This document shows, piece by piece, positions 24,558 through 32,581 of a stretch of 59,247 nt of DNA. Position numbers and translations under genes: made by a program. Position 1 is the first letter of the stretch. Every line of letters begins with the position of its first letter. Below the pieces are notes generated by a model that had not been told where the DNA came from, ran no database searches, and saw nothing but the letters and a program-made list of their open reading frames with translations. Source of the stretch: an uncultured Candidatus Saccharibacteria bacterium (lineage in GTDB: Bacteria; Patescibacteriota; Minisyncoccia; JACQLN01); the NCBI GenBank assembly GCA_964365305.1, contig CAYIPG010000002.1, positions 1 to 59,247 of the forward strand. Reading direction: 5' to 3'.

Positions 24558-24586
24558 TCCTCCCGACATAAATTGGGAGGGTTTTT
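24558..24586 (+). terminator. intrinsic terminator
   Basis: TCCTCCC-10 nt-GGGAGG followed by GTTTTT. Confidence 0.7.
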
Positions 24587-24641
24587 AGCAAATTCATAAA
24601 AAATGATAGAATAAAGATATAGATCATCAGTTATAGTAGCC

Positions 24642-25934
24642 ATGACACCATTTGATATAGCCATACAGATATTAAAACCCGTTTGGCGGGCATTTTGGAG
24701 TTGGGGCTGGATTATCGGTCCCATAGCTTTTGGGCCGGTGTTGTGGAATTCGTGGGTGTATTATATCCGCATTCGCACCTTAAAAAAATTCAAATGGCAG
24801 CTGCTGGAATTAAAGATGCCGCCCGATGTGGAAAAAACGCCTTTGGCGATGGAACAAGTTTTCGCGGTACTGCATAGTTCCTATTACAAAGGCGGCTGGT
24901 GGAAGCGAAATATTGAAGGCCGGGTGCAGGAATGGTTCAGTTTTGAAATTGTTTCTTTTGGCGGCCAGTTGCATTTTTATATCAGAACCGTGGATTCGTT
25001 CAGGAATATGGTGGAAGCGGCGGTTTATTCGCAGTATCCTCAAGCCGAACTGACCGAAGCCGAAGATTATGTTTATAATGTGCCCGTAACCGTGCCCAAC
25101 GAAACCCATAATCTTTTTGGCACGGAATATTTTTTGGCCAAAGAGGACGCTTATCCCATTAGAACCTACGAGGACTTTGAATTTGGCACCGAAGAAGGCA
25201 AGGGCAATGTGGATCCCTTGGCGGCGCTAACCGAAGCCATGTCCAAAATGAGAGAGGGCGAGCAGTTTTGGTTTCAGATTGGCATTCGGCCGGCTGACGA
25301 CGGTTGGAAGAAAGTCGGAGATGATTTGGTCAATAAACTTTTGGGAAAAGCCAAACCGTCCCAGAGCGGTTCCTATGTGTGGGCGCTTTTAAAAAAAGAA
25401 ATCATGGATATTTTTTCGGGCGCGGCTCAAATTTTGCATAAAACTCCCGAGTACGACGAATTTAAGTTTGATTCAGCCAAAGATCCCAATAAACCGCATT
25501 CGTTAATGCAGTATCTTTCGCCTCTAGAAAAAGAAGTGGTGGAAGCGATAGAGCGGAACATTTCTAAAGTGGGTTTTGAAACAGTTATCCGCACGGTTTA
25601 TGTGGCCCAAAAAGAGGTTTTCAACATTCCCCAGTTTTTCGCGGTGGTGGCGGCCTTGCGTCAGTTTAACACCATGAATATGAATTCGTTTAAGTGGGAC
25701 TTTACCACCTTAACCGCCGCTAAATTTCCGTTTAAAAAAAGAAAAGAGATCTTCAAAAAGAAATGGCTTTTGTATAAATATCGTTTTCGGTACCGGCCCG
25801 CCAAAATGTTTGTTCTGAATATAGAGGAACTAGCCACGATTTTTCATATACCCGGGCGGATTGTGGCCTCGCCCACTATGCCCAGAATTCAGGCCAAAAA
25901 AGGCGAACCGCCGCCGGGATTACCCACTTATTAA
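24642..25934 (+). CDS. hypothetical membrane protein, partner of the VirD4/TraD-like ATPase
   Basis: N-terminal TM segments. No recognised motif. Co-oriented, 104 nt upstream of the ATPase. Confidence 0.65.
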   Translation: MTPFDIAIQILKPVWRAFWSWGWIIGPIAFGPVLWNSWVYYIRIRTLKKFKWQLLELKMPPDVEKTPLAMEQVFAVLHSSYYKGGWWKRNIEGRVQEWFSFEIVSFGGQLHFYIRTVDSFRNMVEAAVYSQYPQAELTEAEDYVYNVPVTVPNETHNLFGTEYFLAKEDAYPIRTYEDFEFGTEEGKGNVDPLAALTEAMSKMREGEQFWFQIGIRPADDGWKKVGDDLVNKLLGKAKPSQSGSYVWALLKKEIMDIFSGAAQILHKTPEYDEFKFDSAKDPNKPHSLMQYLSPLEKEVVEAIERNISKVGFETVIRTVYVAQKEVFNIPQFFAVVAALRQFNTMNMNSFKWDFTTLTAAKFPFKKRKEIFKKKWLLYKYRFRYRPAKMFVLNIEELATIFHIPGRIVASPTMPRIQAKKGEPPPGLPTY

Positions 25935-26038
25935 GGGCTTGGCCCAAGAGTGAAGCGATTGGTCGCCAAACCTTAACCGCGTCAGACGCGGTGCTCAATT
26001 TTAAAATTATTCATTAATCATTCATAAATAAAATTGGC

Positions 26039-27754
26039 ATGGATAACGAAATAACATTATTTGCCGAGACCAATTTTCGCAACGAACAGCGGAAGTTTGG
26101 CGTTAAAACCGACGATCGCCGCCGGCATATGTATATCATGGGCAAAACTGGCATGGGCAAAACCACCTTGCTGGAGAACATGATTATTTCGGATATCATC
26201 CATGGCAACGGCGTGGGCTTTATAGATCCGCACGGCGATTCCGCCGAAAAGATTTTGGACTTTATTCCCGAAGACAGAATCAAAGATGTAATTTATTTTG
26301 ATCCGTCCGATGTTGATTGGCCCATCGCTTTTAACGCCATAGAAAATGTTGATCCCGAAAAAAAACATTTGGTGGCTTCGGGTTTGATGGGCGTGTTCAA
26401 AAAAATCTGGCCGGATGTTTGGTCGGCTCGGATGGAATATATTTTAAACAACACCATTCTGGCTTTGTTGGATTATCCCGGCGCCACTATTTTGGGCATA
26501 ATGAGAATGTTGTCGCATAAAGAATATCGCAAAGATGTGGTGGATAACATTAAAGATCCGGTGGTAAAATCGTTTTGGGTGGATGAGTTTGCCAAATATA
26601 CCGATCGTTTCGCGGCCGAGGCCACGCCGGCCATCCAAAACAAAGTTGGCCAGTTTCTTTCGGCGATGGTTATCCGCAATATCGTGGGCCAGCAAAAAAG
26701 CGCCATAGACATGAGAAAGGTTATGGACGAGGGCAAGATTTTAATAATGAACCTCTCCAAAGGGCGCATCGGCGAAGATAATTCTAAATTATTAGGCGGG
26801 TTGATGGTTACGAAATTACAGCTGGCAGCCATGAGCCGAGTGGATATTCCCGAAGAAACTCGCCGCGATTTTTATTTGTATGTGGACGAATTCCAAAATT
26901 TTGCCACGGAATCGTTTGCCAATATCCTTTCCGAAGCCCGCAAATACCGTTTGGCCTTGGTGTTGGCCAATCAGTATATTTCGCAGTTGATTCAAACCGT
27001 AGGCGGATCTAAAAGCACTTCGGTGCGCGATGCGATTTTTGGCAATGTGGGCACGATAGTGGCTTTTCGGGTGGGCGCCGAAGACGCTGAACTTTTGGAA
27101 AAAGAGTTCACGCCCGAGTTTTTGGCGGTGGACATTGTTAATTTAACCAAGCATCAAATTTATTTAAAATTAATGATAGACGGCATGGCCTCGCGCGCTT
27201 TTTCGGCCAACACCCTGCCGCCGTATCCCAAACCGGCCGTAAGTTATAGAAAAGAAATTATTGAATTTTCTAGAAAAACTTATGCCACCGCTAGAGAAAA
27301 AGTGGAGCGGGAAATTGCCGAGTGGGCCGGTTTTGACGCGGCGGATTTTGGTTACGCGCCGCTTGATCCACAAGAAAATACTTCTCTTAAAGTAGTTCCG
27401 CAAATAAGCGCCAGACCAGTCGCGTCTTCTTCGGTCGCTACCGGCGGGAAAAAATTATACGAGGCGGTCTGTTGGGAAGGCGGCGAAAAAATAATGGTGC
27501 CGTTCCAGCCCGATGGGGTTCGGCCGATTTATTGCAAAAAACATATTTCTAGATTAACCGAGTTAAAACAGCAAAGCGTCTCTGGCGCGCCTCAAACGGT
27601 CTCGCTCCAAGAGGCCTTGTCTAAAAACATCAGCAACTTTAAGCCCGCCAGTCAGGTCGGATTTAAAAAGAAAAGGCCGCCCAAAAATCCTCATTCCGAA
27701 CCTGATTTAGAAGAACTCCGTTCTTTGTTGTCCGGCATCAAACCCACTTTATAA
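26039..27754 (+). CDS. VirD4/TraD/HerA-like P-loop ATPase (type IV coupling-protein-like) with C-terminal Cys-rich tail
   Basis: Walker A GKTGMGKTT, Walker B YLYVDEFQNF. C-terminal CWEGGEKIMVPFQPDGVRPIYCKKH. Confidence 0.8.
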   Translation: MDNEITLFAETNFRNEQRKFGVKTDDRRRHMYIMGKTGMGKTTLLENMIISDIIHGNGVGFIDPHGDSAEKILDFIPEDRIKDVIYFDPSDVDWPIAFNAIENVDPEKKHLVASGLMGVFKKIWPDVWSARMEYILNNTILALLDYPGATILGIMRMLSHKEYRKDVVDNIKDPVVKSFWVDEFAKYTDRFAAEATPAIQNKVGQFLSAMVIRNIVGQQKSAIDMRKVMDEGKILIMNLSKGRIGEDNSKLLGGLMVTKLQLAAMSRVDIPEETRRDFYLYVDEFQNFATESFANILSEARKYRLALVLANQYISQLIQTVGGSKSTSVRDAIFGNVGTIVAFRVGAEDAELLEKEFTPEFLAVDIVNLTKHQIYLKLMIDGMASRAFSANTLPPYPKPAVSYRKEIIEFSRKTYATAREKVEREIAEWAGFDAADFGYAPLDPQENTSLKVVPQISARPVASSSVATGGKKLYEAVCWEGGEKIMVPFQPDGVRPIYCKKHISRLTELKQQSVSGAPQTVSLQEALSKNISNFKPASQVGFKKKRPPKNPHSEPDLEELRSLLSGIKPTL

Positions 27755-27755
27755 T

Positions 27756-28223
27756 TTATTTTGGTTTATCTAAGTTGAATACAACCTCATCCCCCAGGTT
27801 TATTTTATTGTTTCCTAACCAACCGGAGTTAACTTCTAAAACATATTTTGCTGGCCGGTCTGGTTTGAAAGCGTATTTAGGATAGGTGTCGGGCGTGGCG
27901 TTTTTAAAAATATCAACAATTTTCATATCGGCTCCGATCCAAATCAGGTCCAGTGGAAAATTCATGTCTTTCATCCAGAAGATGTGGTAGTCCTCGTTAT
28001 CAAAAACAAATAACATGCCGGCGTTAGGGAGAAGGGCGGTCCTTCCCGAAAGTCCCGAAGTTCTTTTTTCGGGAGTGTCGGCGATTTCCACGCTTACAGC
28101 CGCTAGGCCTATTTTTATGACGGGCGGATTTGTTTTGATCGGCTGATTTTGAGTTTTTTCGGTAAGAAAGATAATTATAGCCAGAACTATCAAAACGGGT
28201 GAGAGTATTTTTAGTATTTTCAT
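27756..28223 (-). CDS. DUF192 domain protein
   Basis: Signal/TM, then GLSGR...GMLFVF...FWMKDMNFPLDLIWI, typical of DUF192. Confidence 0.8.
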   Translation of the reverse strand: MKILKILSPVLIVLAIIIFLTEKTQNQPIKTNPPVIKIGLAAVSVEIADTPEKRTSGLSGRTALLPNAGMLFVFDNEDYHIFWMKDMNFPLDLIWIGADMKIVDIFKNATPDTYPKYAFKPDRPAKYVLEVNSGWLGNNKINLGDEVVFNLDKPK

Positions 28224-28261
28224 TTTATTAGATTTGTTGTATAACTATTATACAAAAGATA

Positions 28262-28372
28262 ATGGAAAATAAGAACACAAAGGTTTTTGTGGCGATGTCG
28301 GGCGGCGTGGATTCAAGCGTCGCGGTCCCGCCAGTAGAGCAAAGCTCACTACGGGACTGCCTTGAGTTTTAA
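28262..28372 (+). pseudogene. relic duplicate of the mnmA 5' end (PP-loop region) followed by a GC-rich hairpin
   Basis: Translates MENKNTKVFVAMSGGVDSSVA..., then 15 unrelated codons and a stop. Parallels MNEQTKNKKVFVAISGGVDSSVA of the real gene 115 nt downstream. Confidence 0.7.
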
Positions 28373-28376
28373 TAAT

Positions 28377-29504
28377 ATGAACGAGCAAACAAAAAATAAG
28401 AAAGTATTTGTAGCTATATCAGGCGGAGTTGATAGTAGCGTTGCTTTGTTGTTGCTTAAAAATCAAGGTTACGATGTTACGGGCGTGTTTATGAAAAACT
28501 GGGCTGATCCGGCTTGGCCTTGCCCGTGGGCCGAAGATCGCGCCGACGCTTTGCGTGTCTGCGTCAAGTTGGGCATTCCTTTTGAGACCTTTGATTTTAC
28601 AAAGGAATACAAAGCCACGGTGGTTGATTATATGATTCGCGAATATACTTCGGGCCGAACACCTAACCCCGATGTGATGTGCAACAAAGAAATAAAGTTT
28701 GGCTTGTTTTTTGATAGAGCGATGCAGATGGGCGCGGATTATATCGCCACAGGGCATTATGTTAGGTTAGCGACAAGTGACAAGGGACAAGGGACAAGTA
28801 AGAATCAAAACATGTCGCTTCTACGGGCTCGCGATCTAAATAAAGATCAAAGTTATTTTTTATGGACTTTAACCCAAGCCAGGCTTAGGCAATGTTTGTT
28901 TCCGATCGGTGAAATTGAATCCAAAACCGAAGTTCGCCGGCTAGCGGCCGAATATAATCTGCCCGTGGCCGATAAGAAGGACTCGCAGGGTATTTGTTTT
29001 ATGGGGCCGGTGGATGTGGCCGAGTTTATCAAACCATATGTCAAAACCGCTATCGGAGATATTGTAACCACCTCCGGCCAAAAAATCGGCACGCACGCCG
29101 GTTTGGATTTTTTCACTATCGGTCAGCGCAAAGGCATCGGCATCGGCGGCACCGGGCCGTATTATGTGACTCAAAAAAATTACGAAACCAATACTTTGGT
29201 AGTTGCGCCAGCTGCTGATCAAACTTCTTTAGAGTCCAGCTCGCTTATTGCAAGCGATATAAGTTTCGTAAACGATCTCACGAGCATGCGATCGCATGCT
29301 CGTGAGATCGGAGAAGAATCAATCAAGATACAAGCATCAATTCGATATCGGCAAGAACCTGTTCCAGCGACTTTATCTAAGGTCGGAGATGATAAGTGGC
29401 GAGTAGATTTTGAAACTCCCGTCCGCGCTATCACCCCCGGCCAGTCGGTGGTTTTTTATCAGAGCGAAGAAATGCTCGGGGGAGGTGTTATTGACATAGT
29501 ATAG
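28377..29504 (+). CDS. mnmA: tRNA 2-thiouridine(34) synthase
   Basis: PP-loop SGGVDSS, KDQSYFLW, and C-terminal domain. ATG 28377 preferred over TTG 28362. Confidence 0.92.
   Translation: MNEQTKNKKVFVAISGGVDSSVALLLLKNQGYDVTGVFMKNWADPAWPCPWAEDRADALRVCVKLGIPFETFDFTKEYKATVVDYMIREYTSGRTPNPDVMCNKEIKFGLFFDRAMQMGADYIATGHYVRLATSDKGQGTSKNQNMSLLRARDLNKDQSYFLWTLTQARLRQCLFPIGEIESKTEVRRLAAEYNLPVADKKDSQGICFMGPVDVAEFIKPYVKTAIGDIVTTSGQKIGTHAGLDFFTIGQRKGIGIGGTGPYYVTQKNYETNTLVVAPAADQTSLESSSLIASDISFVNDLTSMRSHAREIGEESIKIQASIRYRQEPVPATLSKVGDDKWRVDFETPVRAITPGQSVVFYQSEEMLGGGVIDIV
28772..28799 (+). repeat. four tandem heptamers GACAAG(T/G) inside mnmA
   Basis: GACAAGT GACAAGG GACAAGG GACAAGT. Bracketed by AGCGACA / TGTCGCT. 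Confidence 0.85.
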
Positions 29505-29573
29505 ATAACATAGTATCTTAATATAACCACTGTTCATTCTATAAACCTATAAACTCTAGAGAAAGGATCGATC

Positions 29574-29909
29574 ATGACCAGAAAACCCCGAGAAGCTACA
29601 TCAAAGCAAAAAGAAGTTCTTGTCCGTATGGGGATCTTGTCTCGAGAAAAGGCCGAAGATCTTTTCTTCACGGAGGCAAGTTACCTTCTTCGGATTAATC
29701 TGGCCGCCAGTGGATTGGAGAAAGTACGCAATGCTGCTAAATCCCTAAATGTGGGTGATGATGTCGAATATCATGGGACTATTTGCAGGGTTGTCACTAT
29801 CCACGAGCTTCGTCCGAAGGGTGTGTTCTGTAACATGAACAATGTCACCATCCAACCGCCGGAGGGTAGGAAGAAGACAGTTCAGGCAAACAGCCTTAAG
29901 AAGGTTTAA
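29574..29909 (+). CDS. hypothetical protein (GC-richer ORFan upstream of wHTH-Cas2-like gene A)
   Basis: SD AAAGGA 6-7 nt upstream and its own intrinsic terminator. Codon usage visibly differs from neighbours. Confidence 0.65.
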   Translation: MTRKPREATSKQKEVLVRMGILSREKAEDLFFTEASYLLRINLAASGLEKVRNAAKSLNVGDDVEYHGTICRVVTIHELRPKGVFCNMNNVTIQPPEGRKKTVQANSLKKV

Positions 29910-29946
29910 TTTTGAAAGACCACCAGATCTTTAGGGTTCAACAAAA

Positions 29947-29980
29947 GGGAGATTGCGGAAAAACGCATCTCCCTTTTTTA
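29947..29980 (+). terminator. intrinsic terminator of ORFan 29574-29909
   Basis: GGGAGATTGCG-GAAAAA-CGCATCTCCC followed by TTTTTT. Confidence 0.8.
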
Positions 29981-30048
29981 TTTTCTCGCTTTAATCCAAT
30001 TTTAACCCAAGCCCTGTCACATGCTATACTTTTAAAATATTATACTTT

Positions 30049-30076
30049 GCATGAGATAACGATCGTTATCTCATGC
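30049..30076. repeat. 28-bp perfect palindrome GCATGAGATAACGATCGTTATCTCATGC upstream of wHTH-Cas2-like gene A
   Basis: Follows a TATACT -10-like box. The 26-bp core is identical to 30695-30720. Confidence 0.92.
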
Positions 30077-30129
30077 AATATTTAGTCCAATATCAAATTA
30101 TATATCAAGCTATATATCAACAAACTATT

Positions 30130-30699
30130 ATGAAATCCGGTGGGAAATTACAAAGATTGGGTCCAAATCAGCAAAAGGTTTTATTGCTTTTATTTGGCGG
30201 GGTGGGATTAATGTTATCCCAATCCATTAAGACACAATTTAGAGTTATTAAAGAGGTCTCTAAAGAATGGAAAAATATAAATAATTTGAGTTTGAGAAGA
30301 GCGATTACTACTTTATATAAATCCAAACTTATTTTAGAAAAAGAAAATCCAGACGGGACGACCACTATGTTTTTAACTGAAAAGGGTAAAGAGAAGGCCA
30401 TCACTTTTAATATAGAAACAATAAAAATTATGTCGCCAAAGAGATGGGATAAAAAATGGCGGTTAGTTGTCTTTGATATACCGGAAAAGAAAAGAAAGGC
30501 TCGCGATGCTTTGAGAGAGGTATTAAAGAAGATGGAGTTTTATGAATATCAAAAAAGCATTTTTATTCACCCTTACCATTGTAGAGATGAGTTAGATTAT
30601 ATCATTGAATTTTTTAGGATGAGACCTTATGTTAGGTTAATTGTGTCGGAGGAATTAGATAATGAATTACATCTTAGAAAGATTTTCAACCTATCATGA
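30130..30699 (+). CDS. winged-helix (PaaX-N-like) plus Cas2/VapD-like domain protein
   Basis: WDKKWRLVVFDIPEKKRKARDALREVLKKMEFYEYQKSIFIHPY matches the Cas2-like beta1-alpha1 pattern with conserved Asp. The track N-terminus from 30073 is low-complexity repeat DNA. Confidence 0.75.
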   Translation: MKSGGKLQRLGPNQQKVLLLLFGGVGLMLSQSIKTQFRVIKEVSKEWKNINNLSLRRAITTLYKSKLILEKENPDGTTTMFLTEKGKEKAITFNIETIKIMSPKRWDKKWRLVVFDIPEKKRKARDALREVLKKMEFYEYQKSIFIHPYHCRDELDYIIEFFRMRPYVRLIVSEELDNELHLRKIFNLS

Positions 30700-30724
30700 G
30701 ATAACGATCGTTATCTCATGATAG
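30691..30724. repeat. 34-bp perfect palindrome CTATCATGAGATAACGATCGTTATCTCATGATAG overlapping the stop codon of gene A
   Basis: Stop TGA 30697-30699 lies in the left arm. 26-bp core identical to the upstream copy. Confidence 0.92.
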
Positions 30725-30782
30725 ATATGGTAGGTTAGATCTATTGTTAAATATTTTTTAGCAGATTAGAATTGCTTTATAT

Positions 30783-32534
30783 ATGAATTCTCAAGAAATA
30801 CGGCAACGGTTTCTCAAGTTTTTTCAAGAAAGAGGGCATAAAATCGTGCCGTCGTCGTCTTTGATTCCCGCCGATCCTTCGGTGCTGTTAACCACGGCCG
30901 GGATGCAGCAGTTTAAACAATACTACACCCAGCCGGAATTGGCCGATCGGGATTTTGGTTCGCGCAACACCGTTTCTATCCAAAAGTCATTTCGCACTTC
31001 GGATATAGATGAAGTTGGCGATGAGACCCATTTAACATTTTTTGAAATGATGGGTAATTTTTCTTTTGGCGGATATTTTAAGAAAGAAGCGATAGAGTAC
31101 GCCCATGAATTTATTACTAAAGAAATGGGTTTGGAGATTGACTATGTGAGTATCTTCGCGGGCGACCCCTCGACTGCGCTCGGGGCAGGTCCTGAAGTGC
31201 CAATTGATTCCGAGTCAGAACAGATCTGGCAGTCGTTAGGTATTAAAGATATTAAAAAGTTTGGCCGGGAGGATAATTTTTGGGGGCCGACCGGCGCCGA
31301 AGGCCCGTGTGGTCCGACCACGGAAATTTATGTGAACGGCGTGGAGGTTTGGAATATAGTATTCAACGAATACTATATGAAGTCGGACAAATCTCTCGAG
31401 TCGTTGCCTATCAAGGGCGTGGATACCGGCATGGGTTTGGAGCGGTTAGCTGTGGCAGTTCAGAAAAAAAATAATATTAATAATATTTTTGAAACGGATT
31501 TGTTTGATCTTATCAATCTGATTCCGAAAAATGTTCCCGAAAAGCAAAAAAGAATCATTGCCGATCATCTGCGCGGATCGGTTTTTTTGCTGGCTGACGG
31601 TGTCAGGCCGTCTAACAAGGAAGTCGGTTATGTTTTGCGTCGGTTAGTGAGGCGAGTATTTGTTTATGAAAATATCAATAAGTTGGATAACAATCTAATC
31701 GGCCGGATTGTTTCGGAGATTATAAAAAAGTATGGAGAATTTTATTCGGAAGTAAATAATGCGGATATTTTGGATGTAATAAAAGTAGAGAAAGACAAAT
31801 ATCAAAAGGCGACCGAAGTTGGTATTGATGCGCTGAACAATATTACTTATAGCAGTTCCGAAGAATTAGGGAAGAAATTGTTTAATATTTATCAAAAGTT
31901 TGGTTTTAGTATAGAATTGGCCTTGGAAATTTTAAGGGAAAAATGGGTTGAAAGGGGGGAAGAATGGGAAGCAGATGTTAAAAAATCCTTCGAAATAAAT
32001 TTCGAGAAACACCAAGAAATTTCGCGCTCGGGGGCGGAAAAGAAATTCGGCGGGCATGGCCTGGTTGAGGGTGATTTAACCGCGGCCGACGAGGCAGAAA
32101 TGAAAATTAAAACTCGCCTGCACACTGTCACACATCTATTAAACGCCGCCCTTCATCGGGTCTTGGGTGATGAGGTCTCACAAAGAGGTTCCGATATCAC
32201 AGCTGAACGGACCCGGTTTGATTTTGTTTTTGGGCGTAAATTAACCAATGAAGAAATAAAAAAGGTGGAGGATTTAGTCAATAATGCTATTGCTCAAGAT
32301 TATCCAATCATGATTCAAGAAATGCCGCTTGAAGAGGCCAAAAAATTGGGAGCGCTGTTTTTTTACAAAGGCAATTATCCGAATATGGTCAAAGTTTATT
32401 CAATCAGTGATTTTTCAAAGGAGCTATGTGGCGGGCCGCATGTTAATCGCACGGGCGAGATTGGTAAATTTCGTATCACAAAGGAAGAATCATCTAGCGC
32501 AGGAGTCAGGAGGATCCGAGCTATTATAGAATAA
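30783..32534 (+). CDS. alaS: alanine--tRNA ligase, short form (no C-Ala domain)
   Basis: SSLIPADPSVLLTTAGMQQFK. Editing-domain HxxxH (HTVTHLLNAALH) and CGGPHV. Only 583 aa. Confidence 0.9.
   Translation: MNSQEIRQRFLKFFQERGHKIVPSSSLIPADPSVLLTTAGMQQFKQYYTQPELADRDFGSRNTVSIQKSFRTSDIDEVGDETHLTFFEMMGNFSFGGYFKKEAIEYAHEFITKEMGLEIDYVSIFAGDPSTALGAGPEVPIDSESEQIWQSLGIKDIKKFGREDNFWGPTGAEGPCGPTTEIYVNGVEVWNIVFNEYYMKSDKSLESLPIKGVDTGMGLERLAVAVQKKNNINNIFETDLFDLINLIPKNVPEKQKRIIADHLRGSVFLLADGVRPSNKEVGYVLRRLVRRVFVYENINKLDNNLIGRIVSEIIKKYGEFYSEVNNADILDVIKVEKDKYQKATEVGIDALNNITYSSSEELGKKLFNIYQKFGFSIELALEILREKWVERGEEWEADVKKSFEINFEKHQEISRSGAEKKFGGHGLVEGDLTAADEAEMKIKTRLHTVTHLLNAALHRVLGDEVSQRGSDITAERTRFDFVFGRKLTNEEIKKVEDLVNNAIAQDYPIMIQEMPLEEAKKLGALFFYKGNYPNMVKVYSISDFSKELCGGPHVNRTGEIGKFRITKEESSSAGVRRIRAIIE
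31158..31189 (+). repeat. 32-nt GC-rich hairpin element, in frame within alaS
   Basis: GCGGGCGACCCCTCGACTGCGCTCGGGGCAGG. 27/32 identical to 33527-33558. Encodes AGDPSTALGAG. Confidence 0.85.
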
Positions 32535-32581
32535 AATCGGCGGTTGTTGTATAATAAAATATATAAGAAATTTTATAGTCC

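Noticed and set aside
30073-30129. N-terminus MQYLVQYQIIYQAIYQQTI of the wHTH-Cas2-like ORF
   Set aside because: It is encoded by the palindrome arm and the ATATCAA x3 repeats. Paralog B has no equivalent. This is more likely promoter, operator or 5' UTR sequence, and ATG 30130 was chosen.
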